From contig JAYVZU010000389.1 in NCBI GenBank assembly GCA_043783075.1, forward strand, positions 1 through 37,135: 37,135 nucleotides of DNA. Direction: 5' to 3'. The translations under genes and the position numbers were made by a program. Shown piece by piece: positions 8,775 through 18,168 of this stretch (positions within the stretch are counted from its first letter, which is position 1; each line of letters opens with the position of its first letter). The stretch comes from Rhodanobacteraceae bacterium (GTDB lineage: Bacteria > Acidobacteriota > Terriglobia > Terriglobales > Acidobacteriaceae). Under the pieces are notes generated by a model that saw only the letters and a list, made by a program, of their open reading frames with translations, did not search any database and had not been told where the DNA came from.

Positions 8775-11156
8775 ATGGCTGAAAAGAAACCAATCGGTCG
8801 AGACATCGTTGCACGAATGAGTGGGGCGCTGAGTACCCTGTTCGGGTCCGCGGATTCTGCGTGGATGGGACCGCTGAATCCCCTCCCGCCCAATGTACCG
8901 CAGGAACAGCAGGCAAGCGTCCGCGGGCGGGTGTTTGATTTCCCCGTCGGCTTCAATACCCGCGTCACTCCTCGCATGGGGGAGGCGGTCACATTCCCAC
9001 AGATGCGGGCGTTGGCGGAAAATTGCGACATTCTGCGCATGGTGATTGAAACTCGCAAGGACCAGCTCTCGAAATACAAATTCAGTATTGCCCGCAAAGA
9101 GAAGGCGGGCCCGGGTGGCGTCAAGAAGCTGAAGCCTGATGCGCGCTGCCAGGAGGTTGAAGACTTCTTTGCCATGCCCGACGGTGAGAACCTGTGGCAG
9201 GACTGGCTGAGAATGATCAGCGAGGAAATGCTGGTCACCGATGCGCTGTCAATCTACCCCTGGCTCAACAACGACGGCACCCCGTTCCGATTCAATGTGA
9301 TTGACGGCGCAACGATCAAGCGCAACATTGACGAGCTTGGGCGCACCCCTGCACCGCCCCTGGCCGCGTATCAGCAAGTCTTGAAAGGGATTGTCGCAGC
9401 AAACTACACGAGCGACGAGCTCCTGTATGCACCGCGAAACAAGCGGGTTCACAAGGTGTACGGCTACAGCCCAGTCGAGCAGATAATAATGACGGTGAAT
9501 ATCGCCATTCGTCGCTCTGTACACCAGCTCCAGTATTACACCGAGGGCAGCACCCCCGACCTGTTGTTCCAAGTCCCCGCGGACTGGAACATGGCGCAGA
9601 TCAAAGAGTTCAACGATTGGTGGCAGGACAGCCTGTCGGGGAATACTGCTGCACGGCGCAAGGCGCAGTTCGTACCCAATGGCGTCACTCCAATCAATAC
9701 CAAGGAGGGGATTCTCAAAGACCCCTATGATGAATGGTTGGCGCGGATCATCTGCTATTGCTTCAACGTCAGCCACCAAGCATTCATCAAAGAGAACAAC
9801 CGCAGCACCAGTGAAACGGCGCATCAGATGGCGCTGGAGGAGGGTTTGTACCCTTTGCTGGTCTGGATCAAGGGTTTGATGGACCGCCTGCTCCGCATCT
9901 ATTTCGGATACACTGATTTGGAGTTCCTATGGGACGATCAAGAAGCCACCGACCCGGAAATTCAGGCCAAGATCGACGACACGAATCTCAAAAACGGGTC
10001 AGCGATGATCAACGAGGTCCGCGCCAAGAGGGGCGATGCCCCTGTGGACGGCGGCGATGTGGCGATGGTACTCACTGCGACTGGCTACGTTCCGATTATC
10101 CCGAAGGAGCCGGAGCCAACGCCACCGCAGCTCTTGCTCGGCGCTGTACCACCACCTGACCCTGGCGCAACACCCCCAGGCGCAGCACCAGCACCCTCTA
10201 CAGCAGCCAGAGCGGGTAGCGCTGCTGCTACCCCACAGGCCCCAGCGAAAAAACCCGCTGTAGCACCCGCAAAACCCAGCGCAGCAGCCACCACAAAGAT
10301 GGAAGGGGGTGTAGACGCTGATGTTGAAGGCGTTTACCGTCGATTTCAACTCGTCCGGAAGGTCGCACCTAAGGGCGTGAAGCGAATCAAGCGGGACACC
10401 AAGCCCCGCCTGAAAGCGGAAGCGGTATTCACTACCAACCTGCACAAGCAATTGGGCGACCAGCTGAAGACGCTGCGGACGCATGTGGTCAGTAAGGTGG
10501 GTAAAGCTGCGCAACCGAAACCCGATGCCTGGGTGGATGATTTTGAGTGGAAGGGTTGGGAGGAATTCCAAGACCTGTTCGGCAATTATATCGTCGGGGT
10601 TGCAAAAACCGGCGTAGACGATGCTTATGTGCAGATCAATATTGATGACCCCGCTATCCTTGAACTTGCAAATCAAGATGCGATTGAATATGCGGCTACT
10701 CGAAGTGCTGAACTGGTGGGGAAAAGGGTTGATGGAAACGGCAATATTGTCAATAACCCCAACCCAGCATATAGTATTGAGGAAGCCACAAGAGAAATGA
10801 TCCGCGGTGACGTTACCCGTGCAATGGAGGAAGGCCTTTCGAACGATGATTTGGCGGACCTCCTGACAGAGAATTATGCTTTCAGTGAAGAACGAGCGAT
10901 GACAATCGCACGGACCGAAACTGCGGCAGCTGATACGCAAGGAAATCTGGCCCTATACACCCGTTCGGGGGAAGTTGACCAGAAGCGGTGGATTGTAGGT
11001 GAGGGGTGCTGCGAAGAATGCCAGGAAATCGACGGAGAGATAGTCGGACTGAGCGAGAACTTCAGTATCGGTGTTGATACACCACCCGCTCACCCGAACT
11101 GCCGCTGTGATTTCATTCCATTGCTCACGCAAGCAGAAGAAGATTCACCAGAATAG
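8775..11156 (+). CDS. portal protein fused to a C-terminal MuF (SPP1 gp7-like) minor head domain
   Basis: Portal motifs YGYSPVE and INEVRA..G..P..GGD; Pro/Ala linker at about 10100-10300; RAMTIARTE and HPNCRC (11091-11108) MuF motifs. Confidence 0.9.
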   Translation: MAEKKPIGRDIVARMSGALSTLFGSADSAWMGPLNPLPPNVPQEQQASVRGRVFDFPVGFNTRVTPRMGEAVTFPQMRALAENCDILRMVIETRKDQLSKYKFSIARKEKAGPGGVKKLKPDARCQEVEDFFAMPDGENLWQDWLRMISEEMLVTDALSIYPWLNNDGTPFRFNVIDGATIKRNIDELGRTPAPPLAAYQQVLKGIVAANYTSDELLYAPRNKRVHKVYGYSPVEQIIMTVNIAIRRSVHQLQYYTEGSTPDLLFQVPADWNMAQIKEFNDWWQDSLSGNTAARRKAQFVPNGVTPINTKEGILKDPYDEWLARIICYCFNVSHQAFIKENNRSTSETAHQMALEEGLYPLLVWIKGLMDRLLRIYFGYTDLEFLWDDQEATDPEIQAKIDDTNLKNGSAMINEVRAKRGDAPVDGGDVAMVLTATGYVPIIPKEPEPTPPQLLLGAVPPPDPGATPPGAAPAPSTAARAGSAAATPQAPAKKPAVAPAKPSAAATTKMEGGVDADVEGVYRRFQLVRKVAPKGVKRIKRDTKPRLKAEAVFTTNLHKQLGDQLKTLRTHVVSKVGKAAQPKPDAWVDDFEWKGWEEFQDLFGNYIVGVAKTGVDDAYVQINIDDPAILELANQDAIEYAATRSAELVGKRVDGNGNIVNNPNPAYSIEEATREMIRGDVTRAMEEGLSNDDLADLLTENYAFSEERAMTIARTETAAADTQGNLALYTRSGEVDQKRWIVGEGCCEECQEIDGEIVGLSENFSIGVDTPPAHPNCRCDFIPLLTQAEEDSPE

Positions 11157-11165
11157 GGAAACGAA

Positions 11166-11324
11166 ATGCCATTCTACCGTATCACCAGCGGCACGTTCCG
11201 CGAGCCAGACGACAGCATCAAAGGGCCCGACGACGAAATTCAGGTTGACGAGGCCTTTGCCAAGCAACACGCTGAAAGCCTGGTGCTGATTGACCCGCAG
11301 CCTGAACCGGCTCGCACCGAATAA
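11166..11324 (+). CDS. small head-region protein (52 aa; not in the ORF track)
   Basis: MPFYRITSGTFREPDDSIKGPDDEIQVDEAFAKQHAESLVLIDPQPEPARTE*; AGGG upstream; fills the gap exactly. Confidence 0.6.
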   Translation: MPFYRITSGTFREPDDSIKGPDDEIQVDEAFAKQHAESLVLIDPQPEPARTE

Positions 11325-11333
11325 GGGTTCACG

Positions 11334-11852
11334 ATGTCGCTTGCACAAAGAATCGGCGGGACGATCCAGGACTTGTTCAATGGGGCGGGCCTGCTGGTCA
11401 CAGCCTGCATCGGGTTGCCCACGGTTGTCATGCAATCAGGCGTTGACGCCCCGATCACACCGGGTGGCAAATCAGCTGGCTGGGTCAGCGGTGACCCCGC
11501 AGGGCTTGCGGCGTCAGGGACGGTGCTGGTGCAGTTCGACCTGGGCCCCGATTGGGACCAATACCGAACAGCGGCGGTCGTGCTTGCGCCAATTGGTCCG
11601 TCTACCGGCTTTTCTGCTGTGCAGGCATTCGGCGGAGTAGCCCCCGGCGCGCCCAGTGCCAATTTCCGGCTTCGCGACGCCCAAGCAACGGCGCTCGGCA
11701 CCGTCAATGCCTCGGTCACCACTTCAAGCGGTGCGCAGCAGTTGAACGTCAGGCCGCTTGGCCGGTATCTGACGATCAGTATCACCAATGCTGACGTCGG
11801 CAACGCAGTCGGCGCGACCTCGCACGTTGTTTGCGCTGTGTACCCGGGCTGA
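11334..11852 (+). CDS. hypothetical beta-rich virion protein
   Basis: 172-aa ORF within the head operon. Confidence 0.6.
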   Translation: MSLAQRIGGTIQDLFNGAGLLVTACIGLPTVVMQSGVDAPITPGGKSAGWVSGDPAGLAASGTVLVQFDLGPDWDQYRTAAVVLAPIGPSTGFSAVQAFGGVAPGAPSANFRLRDAQATALGTVNASVTTSSGAQQLNVRPLGRYLTISITNADVGNAVGATSHVVCAVYPG

Positions 11853-11856
11853 CCAC

Positions 11857-13236
11857 ATGAGCGACTTGAAACGCTATTTTGAAATCAACAAGGTTGACGC
11901 GGATCAGCGCATGGTGTGGGGTTACGCCTCCACCGAAGCGAAAGACGTGCAAGACGAAACGGTCACGAAGGACGCCATGGAAGGTGCTTGGGCGGACTAC
12001 ATGCAATTCGCCAACGTCCGCGAAATGCACCAGCCCAGCGCAGTCGGCATCGTCAAGGAATACGAGTTCCGTGATACCGGCATTTTCATTGGCGCCCACA
12101 TTGTTGACGACGTTGCGTGGAACAAGGTTACTGCGGGCGTCTACAAAGGGTTCAGCATCGGGGGCAAGAAGCTCCCCGGTGGATACGACGCGGTCACCAA
12201 GACCATCAGCAAGCTGAGGCTTACCGAGATCAGCTTGGTGGACCGGCCCGCGAACCCCGAAGCCCTGATTGAAATGTTCAAAGTAGACGCGGAGATTGAA
12301 ACCATGAACCAAACCGAACTGAGTGCAGCTGACCAGCTCCGAGCGCTGGTGGAGAAGGGTGGCATCACCCCTGCCCGCTTGCTGGAGCTGGTGGAAGCCG
12401 AGGTCAACAAGGCGGCTACCGGCGCAGACATTCCCCAGCTTGCGCAGCCTACCACGGAAACGCAAGCTGAGGTCGTTCTGCCGATTGATGCCCCCGTCAC
12501 CAAGGCCGAGCCGGTGCCCAACGCTGTGCAACGTACGCTCCGTGCGCTGCAAGGCGGTGAGGGGGCGGTGCAGAAGGGTTTGTCCGACGTCTCCAACCTG
12601 GCATCGCTGCTGAGCTGCCTGCGGTGGGCACAAGTTGACTCCGCAAACGAAGCGGGTCGCGAAGACGACGGCAGCCCGGTCCCCGGACAGCTCGCTGACT
12701 GTGTGCGGGCGCTGGCTGCGGTACTGCTCGCAATGGCGCAGGAGGAAGTCGGCGAAATGATGGCGACCATGAAAGCTGATGGCGCTGACAAAGACCCGCT
12801 TGAGCTGCTGTCCGACAAGCTCGCCACCTACCTCGTGAAGCCTACGGGCGCTGACGTCACGAAGGTTGACGCGCCACCTGTGGTCAGCAACGACGACATC
12901 ACCAAGGCGGTCGGTGCAGCAACCGCAGCACTCACCGAGCAGTTTGAAGTCCTGCAGAAGAGCGTCGGCGACGCCACCGCAGGGCTCGCCACAGTCACCA
13001 AGGCTTACGCCGAATTGAAGGCCAACCACGACGACCTGAGCAAGCGGTGGGCCAAAACCCCGCAGCCACCGAAGGGCGTTGTAATGACCGTCAGCAAGGC
13101 GGAAGACGGTGATGCGCTGACCACGCGGACGCAAGAAATCGCTCCGGTCATCAAGGCCGACGGCAGCGTGGACGACGTCGCAACCGCGATCAAGAAAGTG
13201 CATGCCGGCGGCGGGCGCCCCTTGGGGCTTCGCTGA
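11857..13236 (+). CDS. XkdF-like prohead protease with a C-terminal scaffold region
   Basis: RMVWGYAS, D.Q.E, VREMH, W.KV..G.YKGFSIGG, EISLVDRPANP; helical Ala-rich C-terminus; immediately upstream of the capsid gene. Confidence 0.9.
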   Translation: MSDLKRYFEINKVDADQRMVWGYASTEAKDVQDETVTKDAMEGAWADYMQFANVREMHQPSAVGIVKEYEFRDTGIFIGAHIVDDVAWNKVTAGVYKGFSIGGKKLPGGYDAVTKTISKLRLTEISLVDRPANPEALIEMFKVDAEIETMNQTELSAADQLRALVEKGGITPARLLELVEAEVNKAATGADIPQLAQPTTETQAEVVLPIDAPVTKAEPVPNAVQRTLRALQGGEGAVQKGLSDVSNLASLLSCLRWAQVDSANEAGREDDGSPVPGQLADCVRALAAVLLAMAQEEVGEMMATMKADGADKDPLELLSDKLATYLVKPTGADVTKVDAPPVVSNDDITKAVGAATAALTEQFEVLQKSVGDATAGLATVTKAYAELKANHDDLSKRWAKTPQPPKGVVMTVSKAEDGDALTTRTQEIAPVIKADGSVDDVATAIKKVHAGGGRPLGLR

Positions 13237-13275
13237 ACTTCAACCCCTCTGTCAACTCCAAGGAGCAACACACAC

Positions 13276-14751
13276 ATGAACCCAACCCAAGAAACGCTTG
13301 ACCTGATCAAAGCTGCCTACAGCGATGACATCAGCAAGAGCATCACCACCGCCACCGGCCTGGTCGCTTACGACCTGCAAGCGCCGGCCAAAAACCTCTA
13401 CCCCATCTTCACCCCGCTGCGCAACCGCACCCCACGGGTCGCCGGTGGCAAGGGCGTTGCAACGAACTGGAAGGTGATCTCCAGCATCGTGGGCAGCGGC
13501 CATGACAACAGCGGCTGGATCCCTGAGGGCCAGCGCTCGGGCACGATGTCCTACGCCGTTGCCCCCAAGGCAGCGAACTACACCACGTTCGGTGAAGAAG
13601 ACAACGTCACCTTCGAGGCTGTCAACGCAGGCAAGACGTTCGAAGACGTGCGTGCTTCGATGGCGATGCGCCTGCTGCAGAAGCTGATGATGAAGGAAGA
13701 GAACGCCATCATTGGCGGCAATGCTTCCTTGCTGCTGGGCGTCCCCGCCACCCCGACGGTTGCCGCAGCGGGCACCGGCAACACGCTGCCCGCCGCGACC
13801 TATCAGGTCTACGTCGTTGCGCTGACGCAAGAAGGCTATTTCAACAGCTCGGTCGCCAACGGCATCGCGGTCGCCAAGACGGTTACTGGCGCTGATGGTG
13901 CCACCTACACCATCAACGGTGGCAGCTCCAACAAGAACGCGGCAGCCGCGTCCCAGGCGATCACGCTGGGCCAGAAGCTCACCTGCACCGCCGCGCTGAT
14001 CAACGGTGCAGTGGCCTACGCTTGGTTCATTGGCACCGCGGGCAACGAGCGCTTGCAGGCGATCACGACGACGAACTATTACGAACAGACCGTGGCGCTG
14101 GCTGGCACCGCCACTCAGCTGGCCAGCGCGATCACCATCGATGCATCTGCCAACCCTGCGCTGGCGTTCGACGGCCTGATGACCGCCGCGATGAACCCCG
14201 CCAACTCCTGCTATGTGAACAAGCTGGCACCGGCCACCACCCTGACCGCCAGCGGCCGGGGCAGTGTGGTGGAAATCGACGTGGGCTTGCGCGCCATGTA
14301 CGACCAGTTCCAGCTGAGCCCGACGGTCATCTACATGAGCTCGCAAGAGATCAACAACGTCACGCAGAAGTGCATGACGTCGGCCGCGGGTTCGCTGCTG
14401 CGGTTCAGCGCTGACGGCACCAAGATGAACGAGCCGATGGGCATCATTGCGGGTGGTGTGGTTGCCTCCTACTTCAACCCGTTCATGCCCAACGGTGGCG
14501 CGGTGATCCCGGTCAAGATTCACCCGAAGATCCCGCCGGGCACGATCCTCCTGTTCTGCGAAGACCTGCCGGTCTACTACCAGAACAACGAGGTCAGCAA
14601 CGTGGCCGAGATGAAGATGCGGCAGGACTATTACCAGATCGACTGGCCGCTGCGGACCCGCAAGTACGAGTCTGGCGTCTATGCCGAGGGCGTGCTGGCG
14701 ATCTATGCCCCGTTCGCGCTGGGCATCATCTCCAACATCACCAACGGCTAA
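13276..14751 (+). CDS. major capsid protein with an inserted beta-sandwich domain
   Basis: Position, strong AAGGAG RBS, strongly biased codon use; YDLQAPAKNLYP..TPLRN..PRV and L...EE..I.GGN capsid-like motifs. Confidence 0.85.
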   Translation: MNPTQETLDLIKAAYSDDISKSITTATGLVAYDLQAPAKNLYPIFTPLRNRTPRVAGGKGVATNWKVISSIVGSGHDNSGWIPEGQRSGTMSYAVAPKAANYTTFGEEDNVTFEAVNAGKTFEDVRASMAMRLLQKLMMKEENAIIGGNASLLLGVPATPTVAAAGTGNTLPAATYQVYVVALTQEGYFNSSVANGIAVAKTVTGADGATYTINGGSSNKNAAAASQAITLGQKLTCTAALINGAVAYAWFIGTAGNERLQAITTTNYYEQTVALAGTATQLASAITIDASANPALAFDGLMTAAMNPANSCYVNKLAPATTLTASGRGSVVEIDVGLRAMYDQFQLSPTVIYMSSQEINNVTQKCMTSAAGSLLRFSADGTKMNEPMGIIAGGVVASYFNPFMPNGGAVIPVKIHPKIPPGTILLFCEDLPVYYQNNEVSNVAEMKMRQDYYQIDWPLRTRKYESGVYAEGVLAIYAPFALGIISNITNG

Positions 14752-14757
14752 CGCCGA

Positions 14758-14783
14758 CGCTGCGCGGGCTTGCCCGCGCAGCG
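14758..14783 (+). terminator. perfect GC-rich hairpin after the capsid gene (mRNA stabiliser or weak terminator)
   Basis: CGCTGCGCGGG-CTTG-CCCGCGCAGCG, 11-bp stem with a G(CUUG)C tetraloop; no U-tract. Confidence 0.65.
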
Positions 14784-14808
14784 GTTCCTCACCACTGCTG
14801 GAGATCCC

Positions 14809-15096
14809 ATGGACGAAATCGTTCTGAGCGCCCCCGAAGGCGCCACAGGCATCAGCTTTGCGGGCACCAATTACGAGGTCGTTGACGGTCTGGTGACGCT
14901 GCCCGCTGAAGCTCACGAGGCCCTCACCGACTTGCGGGCGCACGGGTTTGTCCCTGCGCCCGCACCAGAAGCTGCCGCCCCCGTTGCACCAGCAAGCACC
15001 GAAAACGCTGGCGCAGGCGACGATACGGGTGCAGCCAATACCAATGCAGCACCGAGCGCGCCAGCGGCCCCTGCTGGCCTTGCCACCCCGCCTTGA
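14809..15096 (+). CDS. small Pro/Ala-rich protein downstream of the capsid gene
   Basis: GGAG RBS before ATG 14809; low-complexity C-terminal tail. Confidence 0.7.
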   Translation: MDEIVLSAPEGATGISFAGTNYEVVDGLVTLPAEAHEALTDLRAHGFVPAPAPEAAAPVAPASTENAGAGDDTGAANTNAAPSAPAAPAGLATPP

Positions 15097-15120
15097 TTGT
15101 CCGACAAGGGCTGACCCATC

Positions 15121-15741
15121 ATGGTTCAAGCGATCACCACTGTTGCAGAAATCAAGGCGCTAGCTGGCATCACGACCTCGAATGGGGACACAGTGCTCGC
15201 GAGCCTCTTGGCGCAGACGGTGGCAGCGATCGGGGAGTTCTGCAACCGCGACTTTGTCAGCCGCACAGTTATCGGGTATCGCGACGGAAACGATGCCACC
15301 CGCATGATGCTGGCGAATTACCCGGTCGTCAGCATCAGCAGCGTCTTGATCAACGACGTGGCGATTCCGCAGTCCACAGGCTACTATTCACCCGGCTGGT
15401 TTTGCAACATCGGGACCCGTGCGCTGCTGCTGCGCGGCGGATACAGGTTCACCAGTGGCCAGCGCAATGTGGTCATCACCAGCGTTGCTGGGTACGGTGA
15501 CGACGCGGGGTTGATTCCGTGGCCTGCTGACCTCAAAGAAGCGGTGCAGGTGATCGTTCTGACGCGGTTTAATGAGCGCACCACTTACGGCATCAATAGC
15601 AAGTCGCTGGCGGGGGAGAGCGTGAACTACGGCGACAGCGCCAGCGCTTCCTCAAGCTCACGCAAGAATCCGGGCTTTCCTGCTGCTGCCCGTGTCGTGC
15701 TGGCGAACTACCAGAACACAGTTCCGGAGACCGGATTGTGA
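15121..15741 (+). CDS. head-tail connector/adaptor (gp6-like)
   Basis: T..EIK...GI....D..L..L, FCNR.F, AGY....P.DLK.A motifs; position. Confidence 0.8.
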   Translation: MVQAITTVAEIKALAGITTSNGDTVLASLLAQTVAAIGEFCNRDFVSRTVIGYRDGNDATRMMLANYPVVSISSVLINDVAIPQSTGYYSPGWFCNIGTRALLLRGGYRFTSGQRNVVITSVAGYGDDAGLIPWPADLKEAVQVIVLTRFNERTTYGINSKSLAGESVNYGDSASASSSSRKNPGFPAAARVVLANYQNTVPETGL

Positions 15742-16259
15742 AGCTCACCGCAGAACTGCGCCCGAACGCCGACCTCGTTGCCTTCAAGGTGGGGCAGCGC
15801 TTGCTGGTCGCGACCAGCAAGCTTGGCAAGAGCGTCACGCGCAGCGCGATCCGCTTGGTGGGCTACGTCAAAGAGAACAAGCTCACCGACCAAGTCGTCA
15901 AGGTGCGCACGGGTCGCCTACGTCGGAGCATCACCTACAGGTACACCGAGGAAGGGATGACCTTCCAGGCGTTCGTGGGTACGAATGTCAGCTATGCGAA
16001 AGCGCTGGAGAACGGTTTCTCGGGCACGGTCAACGTCCGCGGGCACGTTGTCAAGGAGCACCAGCGCAAGATGACGATAGCGTTTGGCAAGCCAATGGCG
16101 AACCCGCGGACCGTGACAGTGCAAGCGCATTCGATACGGGCGCACCCGATGAAGATGAACATCAAGGCCCGCCACTTCTTGCGTGATTCCCTGACAGAGA
16201 ACACTCCGCAGATCACGTCGGACTTGCGCAAGGCAATCTCGGAGGGCTTGCGGTCGTGA
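15738..16259 (+). CDS. neck protein (HK97 gp10-like)
   Basis: VRTGRLRRSI, VGTNVSYA...E.G, ARHFLR.SL motifs. Confidence 0.8.
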   Translation: MKLTAELRPNADLVAFKVGQRLLVATSKLGKSVTRSAIRLVGYVKENKLTDQVVKVRTGRLRRSITYRYTEEGMTFQAFVGTNVSYAKALENGFSGTVNVRGHVVKEHQRKMTIAFGKPMANPRTVTVQAHSIRAHPMKMNIKARHFLRDSLTENTPQITSDLRKAISEGLRS

Positions 16260-16687
16260 TCACTATCGCCAACCGAGAGGTCGCTTTCGTTGCGCTGTTC
16301 ACCAAGCTGCAAGGCATCAGCGCATTCAAAGTCTGCACCCGCAGGCTGAAGCACTGGCAAGACGTATTGCCTGAAGACCAGCCCGCGCTCTACATGCAGC
16401 ATGACGGTGAGGTTCGTCAACCTGTTCGCGGGTTGCCCGACCGAATCGTGTTGGAAGTGAACCTCTGGATCTACCTCAACACAAATGCGGAGCCAGTCGG
16501 GCCACAGTTGAGCCCTTTGCTCGACGCTGTGGACGCCGCACTGGCGCCCGCAGACAATGGGGACCGCACGCAAACCCTCGGCGGTATTGTTCACCATGTC
16601 TGGGTTGAGGGCCAGACACAAATCTACGAGGGCAACCTTGGCAACGAAGCAGTCGCCATCGTACCCATCAAACTTCTCGTCACGTAA
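16256..16687 (+). CDS. tail terminator / completion protein
   Basis: Position just before the tail tube gene; C-terminal TLGG.V motif. Confidence 0.7.
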   Translation: MITIANREVAFVALFTKLQGISAFKVCTRRLKHWQDVLPEDQPALYMQHDGEVRQPVRGLPDRIVLEVNLWIYLNTNAEPVGPQLSPLLDAVDAALAPADNGDRTQTLGGIVHHVWVEGQTQIYEGNLGNEAVAIVPIKLLVT

Positions 16688-16699
16688 GGAGAGCACCCC

Positions 16700-17461
16700 A
16701 TGCAATTCATCTTCGGTTCCGGCGTCTTTTGGGGCACGCCCCTGACTGACGCGCAAGGCAACGCACTGACCAACCCGACGCCAGTGCAACTCGGCATCAT
16801 GCAGGACATCAGCATTGACATCAGCTGGGATACCAAAATGCTGTACGGCCAGCAGCAGTTCCCAGTGGCTGTAGGCCGCGGCAAGGGCAAAATGGAAGGC
16901 AAGTCCAAGATCGCGCAGATCAACGGCACAGCCATGAACAGCCTTATCTTCGGCCAGACCATGACCAGCGGCATTTCGTCCGACGTCTATGACGTGGTTG
17001 GTGCGCTGATTCCGGCGACGCCGTACGCCATCACGCCGACGGTCCCCAGCACGGGAACCTGGGCCTACGACCTGGGTGTCCGCAACGCCAACGGTGTCCC
17101 AATGACCCGCGTGGCAGCAACTCCCACGACCGGCCAGTACAGCGTGGCAGCAGGTGTCTACACCTTTGCAGCAGCCGACACCGGCTTGCAGATGTTCATC
17201 AGCTACCAATACACGGCGACCAGCACCACGGCGAAGAAGAGCACGGTGGCGAACTTGCCGATGGGCTATGCACCGACGTTCAAGGGCGATCTGTTCCTGC
17301 CCTACAGCGGCAAGACGCTGATCATCACCATCCCGCAATGCCTGGTAAGCAAGTTCACCATCGCCAGCAAGCAAGACGATTTCGCCATCCCCGAGCTGGC
17401 ATTCAGCGGTTTCGCTGACAGCGCTGGCAATGCGTTGTACTGGGCAACGACCGAAGCGTAA
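16700..17461 (+). CDS. major tail (tube) protein
   Basis: AAGGAG RBS; FGSG...G..QD.S.D.S...K.LYG..QFP..V.RG motif; followed by the chaperone and tape measure genes. Confidence 0.8.
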   Translation: MQFIFGSGVFWGTPLTDAQGNALTNPTPVQLGIMQDISIDISWDTKMLYGQQQFPVAVGRGKGKMEGKSKIAQINGTAMNSLIFGQTMTSGISSDVYDVVGALIPATPYAITPTVPSTGTWAYDLGVRNANGVPMTRVAATPTTGQYSVAAGVYTFAAADTGLQMFISYQYTATSTTAKKSTVANLPMGYAPTFKGDLFLPYSGKTLIITIPQCLVSKFTIASKQDDFAIPELAFSGFADSAGNALYWATTEA

Positions 17462-17471
17462 GCAAGCCCGC

Positions 17472-17495
17472 GACTCCGGGTGGCCGCTCGGGGTC
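17472..17495 (+). terminator. hairpin after the tail tube gene
   Basis: GACTCCGGG...CTCGGGGTC stem with G-U pairs; weak U-tract. Confidence 0.4.
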
Positions 17496-17518
17496 TTCAC
17501 CCATCACAGGAGCCCCCA

Positions 17519-17881
17519 ATGGCCGACCCAACCAAGAGCGCAGAAACGCTCAAACAAGACGACGTCAACGTCCCCGGCGAAGCGATTCGCCTCGGACGCC
17601 TTTTCTACGTCCTGCCGCCCGCACCGCTGGTCCACATGCCCAAGCTCAAGGCGGTGCTGAGCGGTGGGGATTTCAGCGCTGACGAGGGGTACAGCAACGC
17701 CTTAGTCGACGCCGTCTACTACAGCCTGCGCAGGAACTATCCGACGGTTGAGCGCGATCAGGTCGCTGAGAACATCGACATGACGAACTTCCGTGACGTT
17801 ATGGACGCCTTCATGAAGGCCAACGGCCTGCAGCAAGCAACCTCGCCGGACAAACCATTGGGGGAAGCGACGGGGAGCTGA
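17519..17881 (+). CDS. tail assembly chaperone (gpG-like)
   Basis: AGGAG RBS; between tube and tape measure genes; ends ...KPLGEATGS* over a GGGGGAA slippery site. Confidence 0.85.
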   Translation: MADPTKSAETLKQDDVNVPGEAIRLGRLFYVLPPAPLVHMPKLKAVLSGGDFSADEGYSNALVDAVYYSLRRNYPTVERDQVAENIDMTNFRDVMDAFMKANGLQQATSPDKPLGEATGS

Positions 17882-18168
17882 CTGACTGGGACGAAATCAT
17901 AATCCACGTCGCCATGAGCATGGGATGGACGCTGGATTATGTGAAATGGAACGTCGACCTCCCAACCCTCGCAAAGCTGTCAGCGTATTGGCGCAAGTTC
18001 CCGCCGATGCACGTCCTGCTAGCACGTTACGTCGGGCACAAGCCTGAGGTGACCACAGTGCTTGGCGCAGCACCAAGCACGGAGGACGAAGCGAGCGCGC
18101 AGTCCCTGTTCAGCAACGCGCCTGAACGTGAGTTCCCCAAACCGATAGCGAGGACAAATGGCAACTGA
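17860..18168 (+). CDS. -1 frameshift extension of the tail chaperone (gpGT-like)
   Basis: GGGGGAA at 17860-17866; the -1 frame is open (GGSDGELTDWDEIIIHVAMSMGWT...) into ORF 17914-18168. Confidence 0.8.
   Translation, partial: GGSDGELTDWDEIIIHVAMSMGWTLDYVKWNVDLPTLAKLSAYWRKFPPMHVLLARYVGHKPEVTTVLGAAPSTEDEASAQSLFSNAPEREFPKPIARTNGN

Noticed and set aside
11782-17500. Long - strand ORFs (11782-13203, 13252-15129, 15992-17500)
   Set aside because: Antisense shadows of highly codon-biased structural genes; no recognisable motifs
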